Positions 20,167-30,812 of a DNA stretch of 64,000 bases are shown piece by piece (position 1 is the first letter of the stretch; each line of letters begins with the position of its first letter). The notes beneath the pieces were generated by a model. It worked only from the letters and a program-made list of their open reading frames with translations. It ran no database searches and was not told the origin of the DNA. Origin of the DNA: a virus (taxonomy: Duplodnaviria > Caudoviricetes); the IMG/VR virus record IMGVR_UViG_3300016744_000001. One strand, given 5' to 3'. The position numbers were made by a program, and so were the translations under genes.

Positions 20167-20222
20167 GCTACTATATATTTTATTTTAAACAAACTATAAA
20201 TACTCTATATGCGAATCGGAGA

Positions 20223-20230
20223 TATATTAC
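20223..20230 (+). promoter_or_regulatory. phiKZ-type early promoter motif TATATTAC
   Basis: Upstream of the operon encoding the non-virion RNAP subunit, as expected for an early promoter. Confidence 0.7.
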
Positions 20231-20273
20231 TATACTGCTAGAAATGTCTCTAGTGTTTAGTAAGGAGTCATGT

Positions 20274-21488
20274 ATGTCCCCGGTTCAGGACTATCACCAG
20301 ATCCAAGTAGATCAAAAGGAGAATTATCTTTTTGATCGGGCAAGAGGGCACCTAGAGATCTCCCACTACATCTTGAACGGAACGAAGCTATTGCTTTATG
20401 TTCGAGATGCGGCAGGCGGGATTTTCAAAGTGCCACCACGCCCATGCTGTTGTGAACAAGGCAATGTCATTTTGGTTAACACAGTGTACACTGAGTACAT
20501 TGATCAAATCAACAACAAACAGACAGTGACCAGATTCAAGATTACCCCATCAAGAGTCGGCACTGGAAGAATGGTTTATGTCAGAGAACTTGGCATGTAC
20601 GTTTCTTCAGATCCGGAGATGCTCAGGAAGCTTCCACTCATGGAGGTCACACCTGATGTCGCCAAGAAAGCTCTGCTCAGTGCGGAATTGCACCGACTGA
20701 GACAATGTCCGATTCGGATCATTCTGCATGACCCAAGTGAAGCATTGCGTAATGTGTACGGGATCATTGACAATCAAATCTATAGAATTCCAGTTGTCAA
20801 AGATTCAAGGTTTGGTGGTGACTGTATCATTCAGTTTGCCAGTAAATACGAAAATGAAGCGGAGTCTATCTACTCGTTCGACATTGATGAGTTGAAAGCT
20901 GCGTTCCAGTCGTCATCTGGTTGCATGAAGCCTGAGATTGGTGGATACAATTTCCTGATCTATCCAACTTTGGTTGATGCTGAAGAGTATGTCACTACCG
21001 TATTGCGCAATACTGACAAGAAGCTGATGCTTATTGGACAGCAAGAACGCGAGAAGCTTAAACAGACGTATGATTCCAAGATTGCGGGACTTGAGGACGA
21101 CATCCGTAAAAAGGATGCCCTGATTAAAGAACAAGATCAAGAAATCCGTGGACTGAGAAAGCTCATGGACCTGACGTCTGAAAAAGAAAAGCGTGACTTA
21201 CAGTACACTACGTTTGAGCATCAAGCCCGGATTCAGGCACTGGCAAGAGATCGGGAACAGGCAAAGGTCGAGAAAAGCGAGAATGACCTTAAAGTGTCCA
21301 ATGCAGCTACTGGTGCAGCAATCGCAAAAACCGCTGCGGTAACTGTACCGATCGTGCTTAGCGCCGTCGGCTTGTACCTATCAAAAGGTACAACCACAAA
21401 TGTCATCCCAGCGCTCGGGGCAGTATGCGCTATTGGGGTGTTCATCATCAACAGCTTTTCCTGGCTTTCGAGACATTTCTTGTGTTAA
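20274..21488 (+). CDS. Hypothetical protein with coiled coil and C-terminal hydrophobic segments (in the phiKZ gp122 position)
   Basis: AAGGAG RBS; coiled coil followed by hydrophobic helices; directly precedes the nvRNAP subunit. Confidence 0.65.
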   Translation: MSPVQDYHQIQVDQKENYLFDRARGHLEISHYILNGTKLLLYVRDAAGGIFKVPPRPCCCEQGNVILVNTVYTEYIDQINNKQTVTRFKITPSRVGTGRMVYVRELGMYVSSDPEMLRKLPLMEVTPDVAKKALLSAELHRLRQCPIRIILHDPSEALRNVYGIIDNQIYRIPVVKDSRFGGDCIIQFASKYENEAESIYSFDIDELKAAFQSSSGCMKPEIGGYNFLIYPTLVDAEEYVTTVLRNTDKKLMLIGQQEREKLKQTYDSKIAGLEDDIRKKDALIKEQDQEIRGLRKLMDLTSEKEKRDLQYTTFEHQARIQALARDREQAKVEKSENDLKVSNAATGAAIAKTAAVTVPIVLSAVGLYLSKGTTTNVIPALGAVCAIGVFIINSFSWLSRHFLC

Positions 21489-21512
21489 CCAAGTGACAGA
21501 GGAGAGTAGCAA

Positions 21513-23192
21513 ATGGCAGATTTGTGGGACAAAGTCATTGATGGGGTAAACGAAGAGTTCCCCAACTTTGATCAGTATTCATTAAAAGGGCATCGTCAAG
21601 GTGAAATCAGAAAGATCCCACAGTACTTTGACATGGTCTTTGCCGAAGCAGCTCGCCGTTACGGATCAAATCCAGATGGCACCCCAGTGGTCAAGTACAT
21701 TGGCCATCGGTTCCTTACACCTGAAGAATGCATCAAGATGGATTGTGACAATCCTAAGTATTCTGGGTGTGTCGATATCCTTGTCACAGAGGCAAATCTC
21801 TGTGAATTCATCTTCGAACATAATGGAACAAGATTTGCAACCCAAATCTATATTCCTTATCTTGTTGATGATGCCATCATCATCAACGGATCAAAGTACT
21901 ATGTCATGTTCGCTCTTACGGACAAGGTGTTCTATCACATCGTCAAAGAGCAAGGTATCGGGATCAAGATCCTTTGCGGCCATCTGCGATTCTGCAGAGG
22001 ACATCGGCACAGCTTCTACTCTACGATCGGTAATATTTACGGCGACCACATCATCACAACGAAGATCCACTTGCGGACGTATCAACAAACTGCCGAGGAT
22101 CAGAAGACAGCGTTGCTGTTGTACCCGTTGGTCAAATTTGGATTGAGGGAAACCTTACTCCGGTATAAAATCTCCCCTGATCATGTCACTGTCACTACGG
22201 TGCATGATGAACAAGATGAGGAATTCGAATACTTCTGTATCCGGCCGGATAACGAAAACGGTAACGGCCTTTACATGAAAGTACACAAAAGCATCTTGCG
22301 TACTCAGTTCGACACAAAGGATCGCCTGAAAATGCAGGTGATCGCTGCGCTACACTACATCTTGCAGTACTTCAATCTCTGCAAGAACACGATGTATGTT
22401 AACAATGTGCAGGTTGTTGACGCATTGCTGAATGACCCGCTGTTCATGGTCTACAAGGTCATCCTGGGTAAAGCTACCTTTGGGATGAATTACGAAAACG
22501 AGATCCAAGTTGCGGGCCACATCAAAGATCATCTCCAGTCACTGGAGATCTACATGGACCCCGAAACCAAAAGGAAACTTGCTGGGATCGGAGTCAGATG
22601 TAACGATGTCTACGACCTGATTCAATATGTCAGTGAAAACATCGACAAGTATGTCGCCAACTATTTCCCATCCAACATCTACAACAAGCAGCTCAATGTG
22701 CTCGATCTGTTGCTGGGTGGTGCAGTGAGTACGTTGTTCACAAGGATCTATCGACAGACGAATAACCGAAAAGGTGATCGGCCGTTTACCCTGAACGACG
22801 TGATGTCTTCATTCAGAATCCCCAATCGGGTCCTGATGAAGATCTATAACTGCAATGGGCTGATTGCCAGTAATCCATCAGTCTACAATGACAATGGATT
22901 GATTGCGGCATTTGGCCGACGCAAACGTGCAACATTCACCACAAAGATTGGCGGTGGCAAGGCCTCATCCAAGAAAAGTGGTGGGGACCAGAACCTGTTA
23001 CATGATCCAGCTCACAGAACGCATTCCTCCATGTTCGTTGTTGAATCTGGTAGCCGTGTGCAAAACACCGATCCAACAATGAGTGGTACGATCAATCCGT
23101 GGTGTCAGTTTGACGAAAACGGAAGTGTGGTCGTCCCTGATTGGTTGATGGAACACGTCAAGAGCTATGACTCCTATGTTCAGAGCCGATAA
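21513..23192 (+). CDS. Non-virion RNA polymerase beta subunit, N-terminal part (phiKZ gp123-like)
   Basis: IYIPYL...IINGSKYYV (beta FIING motif); C-terminal H.S...VES...P..SG.INP. Confidence 0.8.
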   Translation: MADLWDKVIDGVNEEFPNFDQYSLKGHRQGEIRKIPQYFDMVFAEAARRYGSNPDGTPVVKYIGHRFLTPEECIKMDCDNPKYSGCVDILVTEANLCEFIFEHNGTRFATQIYIPYLVDDAIIINGSKYYVMFALTDKVFYHIVKEQGIGIKILCGHLRFCRGHRHSFYSTIGNIYGDHIITTKIHLRTYQQTAEDQKTALLLYPLVKFGLRETLLRYKISPDHVTVTTVHDEQDEEFEYFCIRPDNENGNGLYMKVHKSILRTQFDTKDRLKMQVIAALHYILQYFNLCKNTMYVNNVQVVDALLNDPLFMVYKVILGKATFGMNYENEIQVAGHIKDHLQSLEIYMDPETKRKLAGIGVRCNDVYDLIQYVSENIDKYVANYFPSNIYNKQLNVLDLLLGGAVSTLFTRIYRQTNNRKGDRPFTLNDVMSSFRIPNRVLMKIYNCNGLIASNPSVYNDNGLIAAFGRRKRATFTTKIGGGKASSKKSGGDQNLLHDPAHRTHSSMFVVESGSRVQNTDPTMSGTINPWCQFDENGSVVVPDWLMEHVKSYDSYVQSR

Positions 23193-23230
23193 ACAGACAG
23201 CTTAAACCTCAGCAGAAAAGGTGGAGCACG

Positions 23231-24940
23231 ATGGGTGGAATATTTCATCGGTATACTGTTGGTGATCGGGATACAACGAAGCTTATCTTCGATATCATTG
23301 CCGAGATCCTGCATCAAGCCATCAATGAAGGTGACCTCAATCGGAATGATGCAAAAGTCATTTACGAGGAGATGGAAGCTAACATTGGTGTGATCAATGA
23401 TGACTTGTACAATTTCTTGCGGCAAGGTGATACCACAACTGAAAATGAACTGGTTGAATTTTGCGGTAAAGAAATCAATAAGTTCATCAATGCGATCAAA
23501 CGAAGTGTGCAGAACAGCAACAATAACCGTGGGCGTCAGTCCGCCGGATTTAGCCGCAATACCTACAATGGTAACGGCTTGAAACTGACTGATCGCCGTG
23601 GTGGCAGCAGCCGAATCTTTGGTTTGGCTGGTGGTGGCGATGACAAATATAACCAGGACCCGGATGAAGTTGAGTCTCGCAAGACTAGCCGTCTGGCGTC
23701 TGAAGCGTCCAATCGTTCCAGAGAACGTGAACGTCAGATTGGTGTTGGTCGAGTGCGGGACAACACTTCGGTGGAACCTCCCATCGAGATCCCGAAACCC
23801 AAAGCGGTACAGCCTGGGGTAATGTTGTCTGAAGACTATGCATGTGTGGAATCTCTCTCCGCCACGGAATGCACAATCCAAGTCACACCACACGACGCAG
23901 GGACAGCCGAAAACATGCTGTACGAAGAAATGGAACACGGGGCGATCTTGGCTGATGGTGCTATCTCGATTGACTTCCGTGAAATCGAGATCAACTGCCC
24001 GTTCATGTCGGTTACCAATGTGATCAACATGCTGCGCTGGTCAGACAGCATGATGTTCAATCCGGAAGCGTACTGTCACATCGTGCATTTTCCCAAACTG
24101 TCGTTTGCTCCGATGCCCAGAATGGGTGACCAGCTCCTGGAAGCAGGTCACGCAATCAAGAAGCTGTACATGGAAAACAATGGCCGGAATACTCCGGACA
24201 TTCTGGCTGACATGTCAGCAGCACTTAACCAGTGCAATCCGACTGTCCGGACTGTGATCCAAGCCCGTCTGCTGAAGCGCTGGAACACTGTGGCCAAATG
24301 CTTGTTCCCGATCCCGGAAGCTCCCAATGACTACTTGGCTGCCACCAGCTGGGAACACCTCATGCGGTTCTTCTCGATTAATTCGAGCAGCACAGCGATT
24401 ACCGACCCGATCTTGCAGTCGATCAAGACCAAGGTGGATGGGTTCATCAAGATGTGCGGTAAGGAATACTCGTCTGCCGTCAGCGGTGTGATGAACCATT
24501 GCCTGGCCAGCTTGTACGATGATGAATACGGATTCTTGGATCTTCGCAAGAAGAATCTGGAATACCTTACCAGCTGGGATGCTTGTCCCATCTGTGTGGA
24601 CAAGAAGTATCGTCCTCGTGATCTGGGCAAGATGACTGATGATCAGAAGAAAGCCCTTGGTGGAATGTTCCATCAGGACTACATCTGTTTTACAGAGCGG
24701 ATGTCATTCATGGTCACCAACTTGAAGCTGGATGACATGCTGGTTCACCCGACAGTCAACCATATTCTTGCTGGTGACATTCCTTCTGGTCAGGTGTTGA
24801 AGTCCCTCAGCATCAACAAGGACTACCACCACTTGCTTTACAGCATTCCCCAGATTGGTGCTACTCCTCAGTACGTTGCCCACGTTGGGGCATCAATGAA
24901 CAGGGCACTGCAGATGGTTCGTTTGCAAGACAGCTATTAA
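23231..24940 (+). CDS. Hypothetical protein (569 aa)
   Basis: Long ORF with GGAG RBS, co-oriented with the nvRNAP gene. Confidence 0.75.
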   Translation: MGGIFHRYTVGDRDTTKLIFDIIAEILHQAINEGDLNRNDAKVIYEEMEANIGVINDDLYNFLRQGDTTTENELVEFCGKEINKFINAIKRSVQNSNNNRGRQSAGFSRNTYNGNGLKLTDRRGGSSRIFGLAGGGDDKYNQDPDEVESRKTSRLASEASNRSRERERQIGVGRVRDNTSVEPPIEIPKPKAVQPGVMLSEDYACVESLSATECTIQVTPHDAGTAENMLYEEMEHGAILADGAISIDFREIEINCPFMSVTNVINMLRWSDSMMFNPEAYCHIVHFPKLSFAPMPRMGDQLLEAGHAIKKLYMENNGRNTPDILADMSAALNQCNPTVRTVIQARLLKRWNTVAKCLFPIPEAPNDYLAATSWEHLMRFFSINSSSTAITDPILQSIKTKVDGFIKMCGKEYSSAVSGVMNHCLASLYDDEYGFLDLRKKNLEYLTSWDACPICVDKKYRPRDLGKMTDDQKKALGGMFHQDYICFTERMSFMVTNLKLDDMLVHPTVNHILAGDIPSGQVLKSLSINKDYHHLLYSIPQIGATPQYVAHVGASMNRALQMVRLQDSY

Positions 24941-24945
24941 GCAAT

Positions 24946-24981
24946 AGGTCACAGGGCTGGGATATCCCAGCCCTGTGACCT
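24946..24981. terminator. Perfect 36-bp palindrome (GGGATATCCC core)
   Basis: AGGTCACAGGGCTGGGAT|ATCCCAGCCCTGTGACCT. Confidence 0.75.
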
Positions 24982-25012
24982 GAATGTGTGTAAGTCAGGT
25001 TATTTTTGTCGC

Positions 25013-25020
25013 TATATTAC
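25013..25020 (+). promoter_or_regulatory. phiKZ-type early promoter motif TATATTAC
   Basis: Exact motif between the hairpin and the gene start. Confidence 0.65.
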
Positions 25021-25072
25021 CAGCTTAGTGAAGTTGTTCATGACCTTTTAACCTAACTGTGGAGAATCCGCA

Positions 25073-26698
25073 ATGCTTGAAACTGATCGCAGAACCAACA
25101 ACAAATTTGTCCCGATCATCCAACACATCGAAACTGTCAACAAGCTACTGTACAAGTTGTACGCAATGCTGTACAACCAGGTGGTGACTTTTGAAGTGAA
25201 CTTGCCGTCTTCGTCGGAGTACTACAAGTTCAGCAAGCTGTTCACGGAATTCAACGACAAGATCAACTTGAAGTTGATCTCTGAAAACAAAGGCAATCCA
25301 GAGCCTATCCAGATCAGCTCGCTGTTCAACTTGATTGCGTTTACATCAGACCGTGAGGGTCTGGACGCCACCAAGTTCTTGATCAGCGTCGGTGTTGATC
25401 ACAAGTACGAAGACCTGATCTTCGGCTATCGTGAGACAGCACTGGAACTTCTGACGAAGGTGGTCACTTATGTGTCCAGCGTAAACCGCAATTTTCGAGC
25501 CACACTCGAAGATGCTGCTGGCAACACCACTGACGTTACAGCTGAGTTCAAGCAGTTGGATCGCTTAACCAGTGAACGTCTCCCCAACCTGTGCGAAATT
25601 GGTGCTCTTGACCTTTTGCACATCGTGCGTTGCACGGGTGCTGATGAACCAAAGTCAACCGCTAAGGCTGTTCACACCACAGAACCTGCCACGGTGGACG
25701 TGACTTTGACAGACTCCCACCGGGCAATCATTGAAGAGCTTCGCAAAGGCCCAGCCACGTCCACACAGCTTTGCCAGATCTTCACACATTCCAGTAGTTT
25801 GACCAGAGAGCTCTTGCGGAACCTTTATCAGTTTGGCAAGATCGACCGAGCTGGTCGCGCCCAGAAGACTTTCTATTTCTTACCGGAAATGAAAGATTCG
25901 GATGTGGTCAAAAACTTCAAGCCACTTCCTATTCTTCCATGCGAGAGGTTCACTTTTCCAGAAATTCTGGAAGCATGCTTGTCAGAACTGGAATTGAACA
26001 TGTCCGATGTTGTTCGGGAGGCGGTTGACGAAAAATACGGTGACTTTCGGCAACTCCAAATGGTTGGGGAAAAGCATACCAAAGAACGGTTGACCCAGCT
26101 GACCGTTCAACTGACGATGGTGCTTGACAATTGGAAAACCACGCTTGACAAACCACTGTATCGCCGTTACTCCATGCTGGTGACAAGGTTGTTGCTTGCT
26201 TGGCCTGATGCTAAGCTTCTGACGATCGTGGATGCCATCGTGTGCAATCCAAGGACTACGATTGTGGCCTTGTCAGAAATGCTGAGCAAAGTTGGCATGC
26301 CCACCACGGCAAAACGACTGCATGCTCTCTGCAGATTCCTTGAGAAACTGCATGTCATCAAGATTGAAAAAGCGACCAAGACTTTGTTCCTCTCTGGTTT
26401 GGGAGAGAATGAATTCATCTGGGCAGACACCACCGCGATGACCAGTCCTCAGGTATCTGAAATCTGTGAATTTGATTGCTGTGACTTGTACAAGCAGTTG
26501 CGTGCCGATCCTGAGTTCTTGACGGACCGGGTGGTCCGTGAGAAGTACACCACCAAAAAGCAGTACAACTATTCTGCGTCTTACGGCCTTACGGCATTGA
26601 TGCTCTACGGCTTTCTGATTCGGAAAACACCCACGTATTCTCACCCTGGGGAATATACATTGACCCCTGTGGTGGTCAATGCCCAGGAAGACAAGTAA
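25073..26698 (+). CDS. Early protein with winged-helix-like DNA-binding domain(s)
   Basis: RAIIEELRKGPATSTQLCQ...LRNLYQFGKIDR...FYFL resembles a wHTH; a second similar segment at IVCNPRTTIVALSEML...LEKLHVI. Confidence 0.55.
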   Translation: MLETDRRTNNKFVPIIQHIETVNKLLYKLYAMLYNQVVTFEVNLPSSSEYYKFSKLFTEFNDKINLKLISENKGNPEPIQISSLFNLIAFTSDREGLDATKFLISVGVDHKYEDLIFGYRETALELLTKVVTYVSSVNRNFRATLEDAAGNTTDVTAEFKQLDRLTSERLPNLCEIGALDLLHIVRCTGADEPKSTAKAVHTTEPATVDVTLTDSHRAIIEELRKGPATSTQLCQIFTHSSSLTRELLRNLYQFGKIDRAGRAQKTFYFLPEMKDSDVVKNFKPLPILPCERFTFPEILEACLSELELNMSDVVREAVDEKYGDFRQLQMVGEKHTKERLTQLTVQLTMVLDNWKTTLDKPLYRRYSMLVTRLLLAWPDAKLLTIVDAIVCNPRTTIVALSEMLSKVGMPTTAKRLHALCRFLEKLHVIKIEKATKTLFLSGLGENEFIWADTTAMTSPQVSEICEFDCCDLYKQLRADPEFLTDRVVREKYTTKKQYNYSASYGLTALMLYGFLIRKTPTYSHPGEYTLTPVVVNAQEDK

Positions 26699-26709
26699 CT
26701 ATCAACAAT

Positions 26710-26739
26710 AGCAGCAGCACGGATGTCCGTGCTGCTGCT
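26710..26739. terminator. 14-bp-arm inverted repeat between convergent genes
   Basis: AGCAGCAGCACGGA-tg-TCCGTGCTGCTGCT. Confidence 0.75.
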
Positions 26740-26765
26740 TAACTTTAACTTAGGTCAGTTCTTTT

Positions 26766-29700
26766 TTAGCTGCACTTGCTGTAGCCACAAGAATGGCAAC
26801 AAGCACAACCACCTTCATGGCGGAGAGCCTTTTCACCACACTGTGGGCAGATGCCACATTGGATCGAAGACACAGGCAGGTCATCATCAGTGGTGTCATC
26901 ACCCCAAGCACTGGAGGTCTCAGTCTGACCTTCCTGAGCGTAGGTTTCAAGCACCCGAGCGATGACTGACATCATGTCGTTCACAGTAAAGGCAGCTTTG
27001 CGCAACTGGCTGATGATGATACAAACATCCACACCAGCACGAAGGCCAACACTAATCATGCGCATCAAGGCAGTCCACAATGACAGCTTTTCCTGATAGT
27101 CAGCATGATCAAAGATGTCGTTCGCAGTGCTCACCTTCCTCGGGAGGGAGGAGATGAAGATTTCCATGGGACGATTCTTTTCGTTCATGGAAACGACGAT
27201 GTACATCTTGCAACCGTTCCAGTAGACTTCATGCCGTTCAGCAAGAGTCTTCTTGGGCATCTCAATGATTTCACCCCACTTCAGAGCAAGCGTCATTTCC
27301 TTTTCCTCTTTCTGTTTGGGGGCAGAGTGAGCTGCCGGTTTCTGAGTGGGGGCGGCAGGAGCTTCTTCTGCCTTCTTGTCTGCTTCTTTGGTGACCGTCA
27401 GTTCGTCAGGAGAAGGCAGTTCACTGGTAATTTCCTGTATCGACAGGGAAAGACCATGTTCACCCGGAGTGGAGATTTCAGCAAGGAAATGCCGGTCTTC
27501 TTCAGGGATGTTCACATAGTAACTGTTTTTCTGACCAACCATTTTAAGATCATGACTGATAGAACAAATCGTCGCAGTATCTTCCTGTTTAATGCCAGTA
27601 AACAGGTGATACGCTTTACCACCACGGACGCACATGACTGGATTCTTCTTCACCAATGCCAAGAAAGGAGTATGTGATTCCCGGAACTCACCCGTGGATT
27701 CAAAAAGGATCTCTTCATCGTAGTTGACAAAGAGACTTCCAGAAAACAACTTGTCCAGCTTCTTGCTGGGGATCTTCTGTGTTTCCTTTTGTTCCCCAGC
27801 ATTGAGTGTGGCAATGGCTTCAGCCAACAGCGTGATCCGGTGTTCCCGAACATGGAGGTTCAAGACAATCACAATGTTACGATTGTAACACGGCAATGTG
27901 AACTGGTAGTTGCCTTTGTGATTCTTCAATTCGGGGTTGAACAGCACACACGAATATGTGTGGAAGTCCTTGATTTCACTGAAGAGGTTGGTTCCGTTGT
28001 TCAGTGCCGGTTTGGTTGCAACAAAACGTAAGAAGCTCTGCGCGAGCTGGTTGTCACCCACAAAATCAGCGGATTCTACGGTTACCCACTGACCATGTTC
28101 AAAGACCATGTGGTCAGAGAACGGAAGTGCGAATGAGGATTCGTCTACTGGGATGTCGACGTTGGTCGAGTCTTCAATCTTGCTGATTTCAAAGATCACA
28201 CCAGTATCAGTGACATTCAGTTTGAAGTTCAACAAGCCATGCTTTGAATCGGTGATCTTAAAACCAAAAGATCCCTGACCAAAAGATTTGAGCTTAGCAT
28301 CAACGTGCATTTCGTACATGCCATTAAAGTAGCTTTCATCACACCACAGGATCGTCTTGTGTTCAAGTGTAGGACCGAACTCAGCAAATGTCAAGAACAC
28401 CTGGTTATTTTCCCAGTGTGGTCCTTTGGGATCAAGGTAGATCTTTTCCCCGTACTTCAGTACCGTTCCAGACCAAGGGAGGAGACCATAGTCTTCAGGA
28501 CCAGTGGTCATTTCCTCAGTCGTGCTCTGGCTACCAGTGCTCTGAAGATCAAGAGTACTTGCACTTTCTTCAACCACGTTTTGATGATCATCGGTGGGCT
28601 CCTCAGCAGTTTCGATCGCAGACAGCACGCCGGTCAAGCTACCATCACGGTAGATGGTAATGCCCTTGAGCTCTTGTTCATGAGCGTACAGGTAGATGTT
28701 CATGATGTCTTCAGGCTTGCAGTCAGTAGGCAGGTTCACAGTCGAAGAGATCGAACTGTCACAGTACTTCTGGCAAGCCTGTTGGATGGCAATGCGATCT
28801 TCAAAGCCCAGCTCGTGAGCTTCAACCACATTGTACATCTCCTTCACAAACTTCTTGGTCAGTTTGCGACGATCTACTTTACCAGCTTTGATCACTTCCA
28901 CCAAGTGACGAGCAACCGGAGCGTGGCATGCAAGGTATTCCTGCTTGTCACCAACACGGGTGCGGCGGGTGTAGAACATGGCGAACACCGGTTCAATACC
29001 AGACGAACAGTTGTTCGCAAGAATCGACAGTGAACCGGTCGGACCAACCGTATTGAAGGCAACGTTGCGCAGACCACCAACTTCACGGATCTCGTGATAC
29101 ATCGGGTGGGTTTCACCATACAGGTGCTGCAGATACGGCGAGGCGATCAGTTCTTCCACGGCATTCGGGTGCTGCTTGTAGTAGTCACACACCGTAAACT
29201 GTTTGGCCAACTCCAATGAAGTGCCGATCTCGATCATGGCTTTGCTGCGCATGATCCCTTCAATGAATTCGATTGTGTTGGCATGGTTGCCGTACTTGAG
29301 ACCGAGCATGGACAGTGTATCAGCAAGACCAGTGAACTCAATACCGATGCGCTTGGCATAGTGTTCAAGGTCACGCTGCTGCTGCAGAGGGTGCATTGTT
29401 TCGTTTAGGTCACTGAAGATGTTCATGACCACAGTGGCAGCATTGCAGTTTTGCATCCAAAGGTCGTCGTTGAACGTGGCGTCCTTCGTCCAAGGATTGT
29501 CAACATACTTGGAGATGACGTGAGCACCCAACAGACAGCTACCACCAGCATACGACGGGATCTCGGAACACGGATTGGTGCAGACCAGACGAAGCTTGGG
29601 ATCGTTCTGGTTGATGGTGGTCCAGCCAGTGACCTGATCCCAGAAAAGAGCACCTGGATCACCACGGAGCCAAGCAGCCGTGCAAGCATCCATGAAGATC

Positions 29701-30812
29701 TGTTTCGCCGAAGGGATCTTGGCAAGCACACGACAGGGATTAGCACCGTTGTGATGCTGTTGGATTAGCTGATGCAGTTGAGCCACGTTCTGGATCAGAA
29801 TGAACTGATCACCAAACTGGAGATGGTGACCGACGAAGTAAAATTCGTTGTCACGTGTGACGTAGGCTTCGTAGGTGTCGTACTTCTTCAGCTTGCCACC
29901 AATGGCTTCCCAGTGAGCGTAGTCACCATCCCACTCACGGTTGTAAAGCTCTTTGTCCGCTTCAATGTCAGGGAAGATACATTCCCAAGGCTGATCGTTC
30001 TTCACAGCTTCCATGAATTCATCAGTGAACTTCACGGAGATGTTTGCGCCATCAATCGCAGGAAGTTTGCCGCTGTGACATTCTTCCGTGATCCGGCTGA
30101 TGAAGTGGTTGAGCTGGTCTTTGTTGTCCGGTTTGGATTCACTGACCAAAGTCTGCAACGCCGTTACCAGAGGGAGGATCTTCTTCTGGGAAGAGTTCTT
30201 GTTCAGAAAATCGTTCTGGAACACACGAGCCGGATCGGCCTTACACCAGATGTACCGCATGATGTCAGGATGACGAACATCCATGGTCAACATCATCGCG
30301 CCCCGGCGACCATTCTGACCAATGGTTTCCGTCACAGAAGAGAACAATGGCATGAACGACACAGCACCAGAGGAGGTCTTTGCCGCGTTATGAACAGTGG
30401 TGCCCTGCGGACGCAGAACCGTGATGTCAACACCACAACCACCACGGTAGCTATACGTGCGAGCCATCTCACCAAGAATTTTGAAGATGGATTCAATGCT
30501 GTCGTTTTCCATCTTCATGACGTAGCAATTCGACAGGGATGATTTCTTGTTGGCATTGGTGGTCAACCCAGCAAGAATTGATCCAGCTGGCAAAAAGTAA
30601 CCACCCCGCAGCATCGTCACGACGTCGTCAAGCTGATCCGTTTTATAGCCCAGGGCTTTACCTTTGGTCATAACGATCGTGCAGATCCGTTCGATGACAT
30701 CGGAGAAAGTTTGTTCATCACCCTGAACATACTTTTCCTTTACCATGTTGTTCACCATGGCATTGGTTTCATCGATTGCTGCTGTCAGCCCATCCAAAGT
30801 GATACTGGCCAT
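26766..30812 (-). CDS. nrdJ: Class II (adenosylcobalamin-dependent) ribonucleotide reductase with C-terminal TSCPD/Zn-ribbon domain and a large internal insertion
   Basis: LSNCY, RRGA, ANISV, TNPCSE, SCLLG, GPTGSLSI...SSGIEP, ISSTVNLP, KGITIYRDG; C-terminal CPQCG...EGGC..CHSCGYSKC; AAGGAG RBS before ATG 30812; no nrdB nearby. Confidence 0.88.
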   Translation of the reverse strand: MASITLDGLTAAIDETNAMVNNMVKEKYVQGDEQTFSDVIERICTIVMTKGKALGYKTDQLDDVVTMLRGGYFLPAGSILAGLTTNANKKSSLSNCYVMKMENDSIESIFKILGEMARTYSYRGGCGVDITVLRPQGTTVHNAAKTSSGAVSFMPLFSSVTETIGQNGRRGAMMLTMDVRHPDIMRYIWCKADPARVFQNDFLNKNSSQKKILPLVTALQTLVSESKPDNKDQLNHFISRITEECHSGKLPAIDGANISVKFTDEFMEAVKNDQPWECIFPDIEADKELYNREWDGDYAHWEAIGGKLKKYDTYEAYVTRDNEFYFVGHHLQFGDQFILIQNVAQLHQLIQQHHNGANPCRVLAKIPSAKQIFMDACTAAWLRGDPGALFWDQVTGWTTINQNDPKLRLVCTNPCSEIPSYAGGSCLLGAHVISKYVDNPWTKDATFNDDLWMQNCNAATVVMNIFSDLNETMHPLQQQRDLEHYAKRIGIEFTGLADTLSMLGLKYGNHANTIEFIEGIMRSKAMIEIGTSLELAKQFTVCDYYKQHPNAVEELIASPYLQHLYGETHPMYHEIREVGGLRNVAFNTVGPTGSLSILANNCSSGIEPVFAMFYTRRTRVGDKQEYLACHAPVARHLVEVIKAGKVDRRKLTKKFVKEMYNVVEAHELGFEDRIAIQQACQKYCDSSISSTVNLPTDCKPEDIMNIYLYAHEQELKGITIYRDGSLTGVLSAIETAEEPTDDHQNVVEESASTLDLQSTGSQSTTEEMTTGPEDYGLLPWSGTVLKYGEKIYLDPKGPHWENNQVFLTFAEFGPTLEHKTILWCDESYFNGMYEMHVDAKLKSFGQGSFGFKITDSKHGLLNFKLNVTDTGVIFEISKIEDSTNVDIPVDESSFALPFSDHMVFEHGQWVTVESADFVGDNQLAQSFLRFVATKPALNNGTNLFSEIKDFHTYSCVLFNPELKNHKGNYQFTLPCYNRNIVIVLNLHVREHRITLLAEAIATLNAGEQKETQKIPSKKLDKLFSGSLFVNYDEEILFESTGEFRESHTPFLALVKKNPVMCVRGGKAYHLFTGIKQEDTATICSISHDLKMVGQKNSYYVNIPEEDRHFLAEISTPGEHGLSLSIQEITSELPSPDELTVTKEADKKAEEAPAAPTQKPAAHSAPKQKEEKEMTLALKWGEIIEMPKKTLAERHEVYWNGCKMYIVVSMNEKNRPMEIFISSLPRKVSTANDIFDHADYQEKLSLWTALMRMISVGLRAGVDVCIIISQLRKAAFTVNDMMSVIARVLETYAQEGQTETSSAWGDDTTDDDLPVSSIQCGICPQCGEKALRHEGGCACCHSCGYSKCS

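Noticed and set aside
23231-24940. Chimallin (nuclear shell protein)
   Set aside because: The size is similar but I recognise no motif; neither chimallin nor PhuZ can be identified in this window, so nucleus formation is only inferred from lineage
27300-28610. Intein or homing endonuclease in nrdJ
   Set aside because: No Cys/Ser-start...His-Asn-end splice motifs and no LAGLIDADG or HNH motif; the insert lies outside the catalytic core
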